Assembly (NCBI RefSeq): GCF_030028105.1
Contig: NC_092401.1
Location: forward strand, 8,528,984-8,592,983
Direction of reading: 5' to 3'
DNA: 64,000 bases
From: Mobula birostris
Lineage: Eukaryota
How positions within the stretch are numbered: the first letter of the stretch is position 1; every line of letters begins with the position of its first letter. The position numbers and the translations under genes are program-made. Shown here one piece after another: positions 38,946 to 50,026 of the stretch. The notes under the pieces were generated by a model. That model was given only the letters and a program-made list of their open reading frames with translations. It ran no database searches and was not told the DNA's origin.

Positions 38946-39018
38946 GATGCTGACGGCAGGTTCGTCACTTTGCCCCCGGAAGCGGAAGTCCTCCGCCAGC
39001 GGCGGGGCCGGGCTGAGG
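38946..39018. promoter_or_regulatory. Bidirectional promoter core shared by WDR83OS and WDR83
   Basis: 73 bp between divergent ATGs. Contains tandem ETS sites CCGGAAGCGGAAGT (38976-38989), a GC box (39001-39012) and inverted CRE half-sites TGACG (38951) and CGTCA (38963). Confidence 0.8.
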
Positions 39019-39121
39019 ATGACATTCCCCGCTCCGCGGCCGCGGGCCCCGCAGTTTCCCAGCGAACAGTTCAGAAAGTTGGAGTGCAAGCAGGGCGCCG
39101 TGAGAGCCGTGCGCTTCAACG
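39019..39121 (+). CDS. WDR83: WDR83 (MORG1) coding exon 1
   Basis: MTFPAPRPRAPQFPSEQFRKLECKQGAVRAVRFN; donor G|GTGAGT; CpG island. Confidence 0.92.
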
Positions 39122-39450
39122 GTGAGTGCTGCCCGCTGAGACCGAAGCCAGTTAGCATGGGGGCCGCAACACTGAGGAAAGATGCAGCAGAGACGCCCCC
39201 CAGTGGTGGGGAGGACTGTCTTCTTTTTAATGGGTCCTTTTCCTGTAAGGAGACGAGTTTCAAAGTTAAATATAGTATATATACTTTGATAGTAAATGTA
39301 CATTGAACTTTGCAACTGTTTTATGATGCACACCTGTGTTGGTGACTGGGTGTTCAACAAAGTGAATAATTCGAGCTGCATCTGAGATAAAAATTGCTAG
39401 ACATCTTCCGGGCTTAGTTTTCGAATGGCAAAATATATGTTATAAATTGT

Positions 39451-39659
39451 TGCTGGTGAACGCAGCAGGCCAGGCAGCATCTCTAGGAAGAGGTGCAGTC
39501 GACGTTTCAGGCCGAGACCCTTCGTTAGTCCTGACGAAGGGTCTCGGCCTGAAACGTCGACTGTACCTCTTCCTACAGATGCTGCCTGGCCTGCTGCGTT
39601 CACCAGCAACTTTGATGTGTGTTGCTTGAATTTCCAGCATCTGCAGAATTCCTGTTGTT
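39451..39659 (+). mobile_element. Fold-back Penelope-derived mini-element
   Basis: 77-bp inverted arms (39449-39525 and 39534-39610). 13-bp TSD TGTTATAAATTGT at 39438-39450 and 39660-39672. Confidence 0.88.
39526..39563 (+). ncRNA. Minimal type I hammerhead ribozyme motif
   Basis: tagtc-CTGACGA-agggtctcggcct-GAAA-c-GTC-gactg: stem I, intact core, stem II and palindromic ACGT stem III. Predicted cleavage after C39558. Confidence 0.7.
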
Positions 39660-40490
39660 TGTTATAAATTGTGTTGTGATGGAGCAGTGGAATTATGCAG
39701 AGCATTATGGAAGATTAAACAGATGCTGGAAACACGTAGCAGTGCCGGCAACATCTGCAGGAAGAGGAACAAAAATTACCATTTCATTCCAGTCAATGCT
39801 GGACAAGTGAGAAGTGGGTTATAAGTTGCAGACCGGGTGAAGAGGGATGGACAGGACAGATCCATTATGATGGATTTTCAGAGATCGAATTCAAGACAAA
39901 TCTTGCATTAGTTGTGGAAGTAGGTACAAGGGGGATGTCAGAGGCCAATTTTTTTTACACAGAGTGATGGGTGCACGGAATGCACTGCCAGCAACAATGG
40001 TAGAGGCAGATACAACAGGGTCTTCTAAGAGACTCTTTGATAGGTACATGGAGCTTAGAAAAATAGAGGGCTATGTGTTAGGGAAATTCTAGGCAGTTTC
40101 TACAGTGGGTTACTATAGAGTAGATTTCTATGATTCTATGATAGTCCATCATCTGCTGTTACTCACTTCCCAGCTAATTCAAACTCACTCTTGTGGCATC
40201 TTTGCTTATAAATCTCAAACACTCCACCACATCAGCTTCCTGACCAAACTCCCAAGTGGCGTCAGCTTTTGGGTTTTGTTTGCTGAACATTTGTTACCGA
40301 AGGGGCGAGCCAAGTTATGCACAGCTGCAGCACTGAGACAGAAAGGTAACTGGTGTATTACAGGCAACCTAGTCACTGGGTCTTGAATCGCATTAGTGCT
40401 GGAGAAGTGCTGGTGTTTATCATCAAGGACAATTGTCCATGCTGCATGTTTGGTAATCCTTTGGCTGTCATATTTTTTGCTCCCTTCCAG

Positions 40491-40611
40491 TGGATGGTAA
40501 TTATTGCCTGACCTGTGGCAGTGACAAGACCCTGAAGCTGTGGAATCCACATCGAGGAACGCTCCTGAAGACCTACACTGGCCATGGATATGAGGTTCTG
40601 GATGCAGCTGG
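40491..40611 (+). CDS. WDR83: WDR83 coding exon 2
   Basis: VDGNYCLTCGSDKTLKLWNPHRGTLLKTYTGHGYEVLDAAG. 121 nt with canonical sites. Confidence 0.93.
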
Positions 40612-40736
40612 GTAAGGCGCTCCGGGAGAGGCTGTGTGCAGTGACGTCACTTTCCATCCTTGCAAGGCTGTCGTCTCCTTGTGCTGCATCCTGCTGGCCA
40701 ATCTGTTTGCTGCATTCTTTCTTCGTTTCCCTAGAC

Positions 40737-43484
40737 TAGTGGTCGCCAACCAGTCAATCGCGATCGACCGGTTGATCTTTGAGACTTTCCCAGTAGATCC
40801 CGAAAAAAAAAGAAAAATAAATACACAAATACATTATGCCTGATAAACCTTTTGATGCAAAAGCAAATTTTACCCCTAGAGTGCATATGTGAGTCGTTTT
40901 TAACCCACACTTAGTTGCTTTCCCTGTTTATTGTGTTTCTCTTTTACCACTGCCCAACGTCGTGCGTCACATGTGTGCTGACATCATGTGACTATTGCCG
41001 CTGTCTGTCAAATTTCTGTGGAGCATGGGAGAGCTTTGTTTATCTTAAACATAAACGAACAACGGGCAAACTGTCCAACGGCGAAAGAAAACAACACGTG
41101 TGGGTAAAAATGACTCACTTATACATTCATGACTTAACTAAAATTTGATCAACTTTATTCGGTTTTGACTCTTATGCTGCTATTTATAATATGTCAGTGA
41201 TGCAAAAGTTTGATCGGTTGTACTGCTCTTCCTTTCTTTTGAATTTTTTGTCTTTGATAGCATGAATTCATGTTTAACATTTCGGATAGTGCGCTAGTAA
41301 TTAGCATTAATTTTAGTTTTTACTGAGAAGTTAGCACCTCTCTCTCTCTCTCTTTTGACTTAGCTGTTGTATTTTTTCAGCGCAGCTTGTGCTGCATCAC
41401 AGTGACCAATTAGATTAGGTAAGAGTACAGACTGTGGCAAACATCAGTATACGGCACTCGCTGGTGATACCCTGCACGGTAGCTCACTAGCATGGCGGAG
41501 GCTCCATGAAAAGCGAAAATGTACAAATTCCATCCAGAATGGGAAAAGGAATTTCTATCGTTTTTCACAAAACATGCTGCTCAAAATAAGTCTGCTGTTG
41601 AAGCATCATTTCGTGTAAGTCACCTTTTGGCTAAACATAAGAAGCCTTCTACAGATGGCAATTTATTCAAGGAAGCAATGGCCATTACCGCACAGACTGT
41701 TTTTAATGACTTTAAAAACAAAAATGACATCAAAACCGCAATACGTAATATACCGCTTGGCCCTGCAACAGTGACGAGGAGGGTAGAGTCACTGTCAGAG
41801 GACGTGGATCGACAAGTGTTAAAGGACTTGTCACTCTGTGAATATTTTTCACTGCAGTTCGATGAATCCCTGGATGTAATGCAAACAGCTCAGCTTGTTC
41901 TATTTGTCAGAATGACTTTCCAGAATTTTACAACAAAGGAGGACTTCCTCACTCTTTTGCAATTAGAGGAGAGAACGAGAGGTGAGGATATTTACAATGA
42001 GTTTAAAAAGTAAGTCTGTGAACATGACATCCCCATTCATAAACTGGTGGCAATCACTACTGATGGGGCTGAGCAATGCGCGGTGTGCGCGTTGATTTTA
42101 TAGCACTGTGCCGTAATGACCCTGATTTTCCCAGCTTCCTGGATTATCACTGTGTGATTCATCAGCAGGCCTTGGCTGGGAAGGTCGTGGACTTTTCTCA
42201 CGTAATGACACTGGTGGTCAAACTGATAAACTTGATTCGAGCAAAAGCGCTTCAGCGCCGCTTATTCAAAACGTTATTGGATGAGCTCGATGCCGCTTAC
42301 GGAGACATAATTCTTAATGCTGATGTTCGGTGGTTGAGTCGCGGCAAAGTGCTGCAACGATTTGTTGACTTGCTGCCTGAGATAAAGACTGTTCTGTCAA
42401 CAAGAAACGAGGAGCACGAGGAGCTGTCAGATGATGCGTGGCTACTGGATTTAGGGTTTCTGACAGACCTACCGGCTAAATTAAACGCACTTAACAACAA
42501 GCTCATGGGAAGAGACCAGCACCTGCCCCCCATGAAAAGCGCAGTAAATGTGTTTAAGGCCAAGCTCGGTATTTGGATTTCAAATTTAGAGAACGGGAGG
42601 CTGATGCACTTTTCCAACTTGGAGAAAATGTTATAGGCCATCGAGGGAAAAAATGCTTTTCACCTTGAGCAGTACTGTGCTTATCTAGACAAACTGGCAA
42701 TAGAGTTCGATCGGTGTTTTGGGAAGTTAAACGTCATGAAAGATATTGCTGCATTTATTTCAAACCCATTTCTGCCGATCAATATAGATCAGATAGCAGC
42801 CAAATTCCAGCAAGTATTTGGTGTGCCAAGTGATACTGAAATGGAAATAATTGATTTGCAAAATGACATCGAGCTTAAAGCAAGATCAAGGGACGGTGAC
42901 TTTTGGGGGCTTGTTAGCAGGGAGAAGTTTCCTCGTCTCATCACATGTGCACTAAAAGTCAGTGCCTATTTTGGGTCAACTTATCTGTGTGAAATGGCAT
43001 TTTCACAGATGAAAACTATTAAATCTTAAGTACAGGAGCTCTCTTACTGACAGAGACACCTCACAGCCTGTCTCAGACTGGCTGTCTGTAGTTATGAGCC
43101 AAATTTCAGGGAACTAGCAGAAAGTATTCGGCCCCAGTCATCACACTGAGTGCAACAGTCAATTTTTATTCATTTATTTTTCATGTTGAAATAAAATTAA
43201 ATAATGAAACTTAGAATTAAAGGTATGAAGTATTGTAATATTCTTAAAGAAAGACAGCTATGACCTGTTTGATATGCTAGTTACAGTGTTTTCTTGGTTG
43301 AATTAATTTGAGAGTTTGACAAAAGCATTTTATGTCATTCAAATACAATCAGCCTGAATAAAAGGGCCTCAAGTTGGAAGTACAATCTGAGCTGTTTCTT
43401 CCCTAAATGATTTACTAGGTTGATTCTGCCTTTCACTAAGGCTGAGTTAGGGGATCTTGGGCTTAATAAGGCTGGCGATCACTA
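40737..43484 (+). mobile_element. hAT (Charlie/SPIN-like) DNA transposon, inactive
   Basis: TIRs TAGTGGTCGCCAACC / GGCTGGCGATCACTA (13/15 match), flanked by direct repeat CCTAGAC. Transposase remnants 41492-43149 with FSLQFDES, ITTDGA, HCVIHQQAL, VRWLSRG and STYLCEMAFS. Premature stops. Confidence 0.92.
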
Positions 43485-43665
43485 CCTAGACGATTGAGAG
43501 TGGGAGTGCTGGTTAATCTTTCCTGTTTTCTTTGTCCCGTCTGTAGTTTTATCACTGTTCCAATGCTCTCCTCCCCGATCACCAGGCCCAGTGCTTTGTC
43601 CAAGTGTTTTATGCACCATTCTGACACTGGTTTGCCCTCAGTTGTCTGACCTTTCATCTTTGCAG

Positions 43666-43771
43666 GTCCTGCGATAACAGCCAGATCTGTTCGTGCAGCG
43701 GTGACAAAACCATCATACTGTGGGACGTGGCGACGGGGCAGCTGGTGCGGAAGTTTCGCGGCCATGGCGGG
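43666..43771 (+). CDS. WDR83: WDR83 coding exon 3
   Basis: SCDNSQICSCSGDKTIILWDVATGQLVRKFRGHGG. 106 nt. Confidence 0.93.
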
Positions 43772-44417
43772 GTAAGAGGGGCTCTGGTACATAGATACAG
43801 TGTCACCAACAAGCTACGGTGGTGTCTGCCCTTGTGGGATGGTGGATGAGATGCAAGGGCAACACACTGTGGTGTTGGGGCTGTCCTGGGACGGGATGGT
43901 GTGGAGGAGAGGGGTGGTGAAAACACGGTTCGGTATGACCTTATTAAGGAACCAGTGGTGCTCGATAGTCTCCCTTCTCCAACCCAGGTGCAGCTTTGTT
44001 GTTTTAGCTGGTGATCAACCTCCAGTCTTCAGCAGTGTGATTGATTCATGGAGAAAAACAGCACAAAACAGGCCCTTCATCCCGTCAAGTACGTGGTATC
44101 CATCAACCACCCATTTCAACACTAGTTCCTTTCTCCTGCTAATTCATCTTCTTCTCCCCATATTCCCATCAACCGCCCACCACCACCACCACCACCTGGA
44201 CACGCTCACTTCTCACTACTGCCATCAGGAAGAAGGTACAGGAGCCTCAGGACTCACATCACCAGGTTCCGGAACCTTCCTCCCAGCTTCCACCACTCGC
44301 CTACACACCAGCCACAACTTACTGCAGCCAATTATCCACCAAACTGCATGTCTTCGAGAAGTGATAGGAAACTGGAGCACCTGGGTGGGGGGAACCCATA
44401 TGATCAGAGGAAGAGCA

Positions 44418-45896
44418 TGCAAACTCACACAGACCGAGCTGGGTTATTGAAACGTGCAAACTCACACAGACCGAGCTGGGTTGTTGGATTGTGCAAACTC
44501 ACACAGACCGAGCTGGGTTGTTGGAACGTGCAAACTCACACAGACCGAGCTGGGTTGTTGAAACGTGCAAACTCACACAGACCGAGCTGGGTTGTTGGAA
44601 CGTGTAAACTCACACAGACCGAGCTGGGTTATTGAAACGTGCAAACTCACACAGACCGAGCTGGGTTATTGAAACGTGCAAACTCACACAGACCGAGCTG
44701 GGTTATTGAAACGTGCAAACTCACACAGACCGAGCTGGGTTGTTGGAACGTGCAAACCCACACAGACCGAGCTGGGTTATTGAAACGTGCAAACTCACAC
44801 AGACCGAGCTGGGTTGTTGGAACTTGCAAACTCACACAGACCGAGCTGGGTTGTTGAAACGTGCAAACTCACGCAGACCGAGCTGGGTTATTGAAACGTG
44901 CAAACTCACACAGACCGAGCTGGGTTGTTGAAACGTGCAAACTCACACAGACCGAGCTGGGTTGTTGAAACGTGCAAACTCACACAGACCGAGCTGGGTT
45001 ATTAAAACGTGCAAACTCACACAGACCGAGCTGGGTTGTTGAAACGTGCAAACTCACACAGACCGAGCTGGGTTATTGAAACGTGCAAACTCACACAGAC
45101 CGAGCTGGGTTGTTGGATTGTGCAAACTCACACAGACCGAGCTGGGTTGTTGAAACGTGCAAACTCACACAGACCGAGCTGGGTTATTGAAACGTGCAAA
45201 CTCACACAGACCGAGCTGGGTTGTTGGATTGTGCAAACTCACACAGACCGAGCTGGGTTGTTGAAACGTGCAAACTCACACAGACCGAGCTGGGTTATTG
45301 AAACGTGCAAACTCACGCAGACCGAGCTGGGTTGTTGAAACGTGCAAACTCACACAGACCGAGCTGGGTTATTGAAACGTGCAAACTCACACAGACTGAG
45401 CTGGGTTGTTGAAACGTGCAAACTCACACAGACCGAGCTGGGTTATTAAAACGTGCAAACTCACACAGACCGAGCTGGGTTGTTGAAACGTGCAAACTCA
45501 CACAGACCGAGCTGGGTTATTGAAACGTGCAAACTCACACAGACCGAGCTGGGTTGTTGGATGGTGCAAACTCACACAGACCGAGCTGGGTTGTTGGATG
45601 GTGCAAACTCACACAGACCGAGCTGGGTTATTGAAACGTGCAAACTCACACAGACCGAGCTGGGTTATTGAAACGTGCAAACTCACACAGACCGAGCTGG
45701 GTTGTTGGAACGTGCAAACTCACACAGACCGAGCTGGGTTGTTGGATGGTGCAAACTCACACAGACCGAGCTGGGTTGTTGGAACGTGCAAACTCACACA
45801 GACTGAGCTGGGTTGTTGAAACGTGCAAACTCACACAGACCGAGCTGGGTTGTTGAAACGTGCAAACTCACACAGACTGAGCTGGGTTGTTGGAAC
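44418..45896. repeat. 37-bp minisatellite, 40 copies, WDR83 intron 3
   Basis: TGCAAACTCACACAGACCGAGCTGGGTT(G/A)TTG(A/G)AACG. First unit at 44418, last at 45861 (39 x 37 apart). Confidence 0.97.
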
Positions 45897-46623
45897 TGTG
45901 TGGTAGCAGCTGCTCCATTGCTTGGGTACAGGGACATAGTTCGCTGAAAATGGGACACTGTAGGACAGGGAGGTGGAGGAGGCATTTGCCACACTTGCCT
46001 TTATCTGTCAGGGCATTGAGTACAATTGTCGAGGCGACACGTTACAGCAGCAGAGACACTGTGGTGACCGTACGGTGTGCTGTTCTGGTTGTCCGGTTGC
46101 CAGGGCGTAGGAAGCATGGAAAGGATGCAGAAAAAACTTGATAAGAATAGTTGTGAGACTGGAGAGCTTGAGCCATAAGGAGAGACTGTTCAGGCTGCCA
46201 CTTTTTACACGGAGTGCAGGGGGCCGAGAGGTGACCTTATAAGAGGGTTATAAAGTCACGAATGGCAGAGATACTGCCATTCTTTTTCCCAGGGTAGGAG
46301 AATCTAAAACGAGAGGGCTTGGGTTTAAGTGAGAGGGTGAAGATTTAAGAGGGACCCGGGGGGCAGGTTTTCCACACCGAGGGCAGTGGGCAGCTGTCAG
46401 AGAAAATGGTGGTGGCAGGTACGATTACAGTGTTCAAAAAGTACTTAAAGCAGGTACATGGACAGGAAATGCATGGACGAGCTGATGTAGACAATGTGGT
46501 TGGCTTGGACGAGCTGGGTTGTAGGGTCTGTTCCATGCTATATATCTCTATCTCTTTGCTCTTCACCCTCCCCAGAGTCCTTCCTCTACTCTGCCTGAAA
46601 TGCCTCTCACTCCTCTCTTACAG

Positions 46624-46672
46624 AAAGTGAACTGCGTTCAATTCAATGAGGAGTCGACTGTCATTATTTCAG
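46624..46672 (+). CDS. WDR83: WDR83 coding exon 4
   Basis: KVNCVQFNEESTVIIS. 49 nt; ttacag acceptor, G|GTGAG donor. Confidence 0.92.
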
Positions 46673-48121
46673 GTGAGAAAGCTGCAGGAGGGAAGCATGT
46701 GGAAACTGCTCAGATGAGGCAGTGTGTGATATTGAAAGCCATGGTTGTCCACTTCCAGAAGGCTTGACAGTCCTCGGTTCAGATCAGCTTGAGCACGATC
46801 AGCTCACTCTGGGGACAAACTGAGCCCCAGCAAATTGTTGCACATTGACTCAGCTCGCTCTCCACCCTGGATCTGCCAACCCTTCTCTCCAGATCTGACT
46901 TCTCAGTGGAGCTTCACTCTCACTCGGGCTGTATTTAGGGAGTGGATGGAGAGAGTGGGTGGGGTGCTATTCAGTGGCAAGATGATAGAGGGTAAATAAT
47001 TTATTAGCAGAGAGTCTGATGAGCAGAAGGCAGCTATTTCCCCTCCCCACAGTGGTTCTGGTACGGACCTTGTGTTTGGGAGTGTTTTTTTCATGAAGAA
47101 TGGAAACATTTATGACAGAAGGCCATTCAGCCAATCACATGTGCACTGGTTGTAAAAGAACGAGTGCAGAGAGTTGTGGACACAGCTCAGCACATCACAG
47201 GGACCAGCCTCCCCTCCGTGGACCCTGTCTACACTTCTCACTGCCCCAGTGACGCAGCCACAATAATCAAAGGCCCTGTGCAATCTACAATTCTCTGCTG
47301 CCCTCTCCCATTGGACAGAAGGTACAAAAGCTCAAAAGCACATACTTCGAAGCTCAAGGACAGCCAACTTCTACCCAAACCCTAGAACACACCTCATGGA
47401 CGATAACATGGACACTTGACCTCCCAATCCATCTCATTATGATCTACACTTCACTTCCTTGGTGGCTTTTACACTGTATTCTGCATTGTTTCTGTTTTAT
47501 CCTATTCTAGCTCAATACGTACACTGTGTAATGATCTGACCTGCGTGAACAGTGTGCCAGCCAAGCTTTTCCGTGTCTTGCTGCACAATAGTAGACCAAA
47601 AACAGCAAAACCCAACACGAGCTCACCTTCCAGTACATGATCAATGGCCTGCACATCACAAACTCAACACGGAAGCTGCTTGTGAGGGGGAGACAAATCT
47701 GTATTTCTGTCATTCACTCTGTCTGGTTCCTGAAGGAGTCATAGCCGGGGTGGTAACGGGGACAAGCATTCACGACCTATAAAATGCTCCCAGTGATGTG
47801 TGTGTGTGGAACCAAGTCCAGCTCCTGGCCTTCACACGTGGCTTAGCTACTAAACCCTACTGACAGGATAAGCGACAAAGGTGGATAACTGGTGTCTTAA
47901 ATCGAGTTGCTTCCAGCAAATGGGGTACGTCAGCCCATCGAGGAGAAGGAAACTCTGATCTCAAACCTCCACTGCCTTGTGGCTATACCCACTCATGGCG
48001 AAGGCTTAGAGCTGGAATCCCTGACGCAGCTGTCTGTTGAGTTCAAAGGAGTTTCCTCCAACTTTCTGCCCTGCGTAAGTTCTCAGACTGAGGACAAATC
48101 CGGCTGATGGTCTGATTGCAG

Positions 48122-48248
48122 GTTCCATTGACACCTCGATTAGGTGTTGGGATTGCCGCTCGCGGAAAACAGAACCCATTCAGATTCTCGATGAAGCAAA
48201 GGATGGGATCTCCAGCGTGAAGGTTTCCGACCATGAAATTCTGTCAGG
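48122..48248 (+). CDS. WDR83: WDR83 coding exon 5
   Basis: GSIDTSIRCWDCRSRKTEPIQILDEAKDGISSVKVSDHEILSG. 127 nt. Confidence 0.93.
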
Positions 48249-48260
48249 GTAAGAGTTATG

Positions 48261-49160
48261 GTGGGAACGTCATTGCTGTGTGGCAGTGTGCAGAGTGGGA
48301 ACATCAACACTATTCAGTGGCGCGCGGAACCGGAATGTTGCCGTTGTAACTGGTGTGTGTGGAGTGCGAACGCCACCATTATAACCGGTGTGTGTGGAGT
48401 GGGAACGTCACCATTATAACCAGTGTGTGTGGACTGGGAACGTCACCATCATAACCGGTGTGTGTGGAGTGGGAACGTCACCATTATAACCGGTGTGTGT
48501 GGAGTGGGAACGTCACCATTATAACCGGTGTGTGTAGTGGGAACGTCACTATTATAACCGGTGTGTGTAGTGGGAACGTCACTATTATAACCGGTGTGTG
48601 TAGAGTGGGAACGTCACCATTATAACCGGTGTGTGTGGAGTGGGAACGTCACCATTATAACCGGTGTGTGTGGAGTGGAAACGTCATCATTATAACCGGC
48701 GTGTGTGGAGTGGGAACGTCACCACTGTAACCAGTGTGTGTGGAGTGGGAAGTCACCATTATAACCGGTGTGTGTGGAGTAGGAACGTCACCATTATAAC
48801 CGGTGTGTGTGGAGTGGGAACGTCATCATTGTAACCGGTGTGTGTGGAGTGGGAACGTCACCACTGTAACCAGTGTGTGTGGAGTGGGAACGTCACCACT
48901 GTAACCGGTGTGTGTGGAGTGGGAACGTCACCATTATAACCGGTGTGTGCGGAGTGGGAATGTCACCATTATAACCGGTGTGTGTGGAGTGGGAACGTCA
49001 CCATTATAACCGGTGTATATGGACTGGGAACGTCACCATTATAACCGGTGTGTGTGGAGTGGGAACGTCACCATTATAACCGGTGTGTGGGGACTGGGAA
49101 CGTCACCGTTGTAACCAGTGTGTATGGAGTGGGAACACCAGCACTCTGTGGAGTGGGAAG
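48261..49160. repeat. 35-bp minisatellite (~25 units) filling WDR83 intron 5
   Basis: GTGGGAACGTCACCATTATAACCGGTGTGTGTGGA; degenerate at both edges. Confidence 0.95.
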
Positions 49161-49234
49161 GAGCGAGTGAGGTTTTGGGAATGAGGCTTGTATAGACGAG
49201 GTTTGTTGTCCACCCTGATGCTGTGCTCCTTTAG

Positions 49235-49302
49235 GTCTGTCGATGGACGGGTGCGGCGGTATGACCTTCGAATGGGACAGCTGTTTGCGGATTTCATTGG
49301 AA
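49235..49302 (+). CDS. WDR83: WDR83 coding exon 6
   Basis: SVDGRVRRYDLRMGQLFADFIG. 68 nt. Confidence 0.93.
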
Positions 49303-49917
49303 GTGAGTAAACAGATGCTGGATATGATGGAACAAAGGATGTCTGTCTGACTCTCTTTAGTACGACAACAGACTCAAAATTCAGCAGGTCAGGCAGCATC
49401 TTTGGAGGGGAATAAACAGTCGCCGTTTCGGGCTGAGACCCTGCGTCAGGATTGGAGAGAAAGGAGGCAGAAGCCAGAATGAAAGATGGCGGGGAGGGGA
49501 GAGAGTACAAGCTGGCAGGCCATTGGTGAGGCGAGGTGAGGGAGAAGGTAGGTAGGTGGGGGAGGAGGGATGAAGAAATAAGTTGGGAGATGATACTTGG
49601 AAAAGGTGAAGTTTGAAGAAGGAGGAATTTTATCGGAGAGGAGAGTGGATCATGGGAGAAAGGGAAGGACAAGAGGTACTGCGGGAGCCAATGGGCAGGT
49701 TAGGAGAAGGGAAAGGGTGACAGGAATCAGAGTGGAGCATGGAAAAAGAGAAGGCAGAGTTTTATTGGAAGTTAGATTAATATTTATAATGACATGAGCA
49801 GATTTTCAGTCTGTCTGCTTGTTCTATCAAGTCATCTGACTGTTTCACTGTGCTACAGACGGACTGAGGGTTTACTTTTGCGCTTGTTCTACTGATTGCT
49901 GTCTCTTTCTCATACAG

Positions 49918-50026
49918 GTCCAATAACAAGTGTATGTTTCAGCAGAGATGGGCAGTGTACACTGAGCTCCAGCCTGGACTCCACACTTCGGCTCTTGGAT
50001 AAGGAGACTGGGGAGTTACTAGGACA
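49918..50026 (+). CDS. WDR83: WDR83 coding exon 7
   Basis: SPITSVCFSRDGQCTLSSSLDSTLRLLDKETGELLGQ. 109 nt. Confidence 0.93.

Noticed and set aside
36012-39125. 1037-aa ORF and the overlapping 800/550/493/309-aa ORFs
   Set aside because: An RTE 3' fragment reads through into a stop-poor minisatellite that is open in several frames on both strands. It lies inside WDR83OS intron 1, so it is not a credible gene.
41519-43029. Possible domesticated GTF2IRD2/ZBED-like gene
   Set aside because: Several in-frame stops, plus retained TIRs and flanking duplication, mark it as a decayed transposon.
44418-45896. CRISPR-like 37-bp periodicity (also the 35-bp array at 48261)
   Set aside because: Units are contiguous with no unique spacers, there are no cas genes, and the context is a vertebrate intron.
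47805-47870. HDV/CPEB3-like ribozyme suggested by GCC-TTCACACGT-GGC
   Set aside because: I could not identify a P1 helix or a J4/2 catalytic strand by eye; left unclassified.
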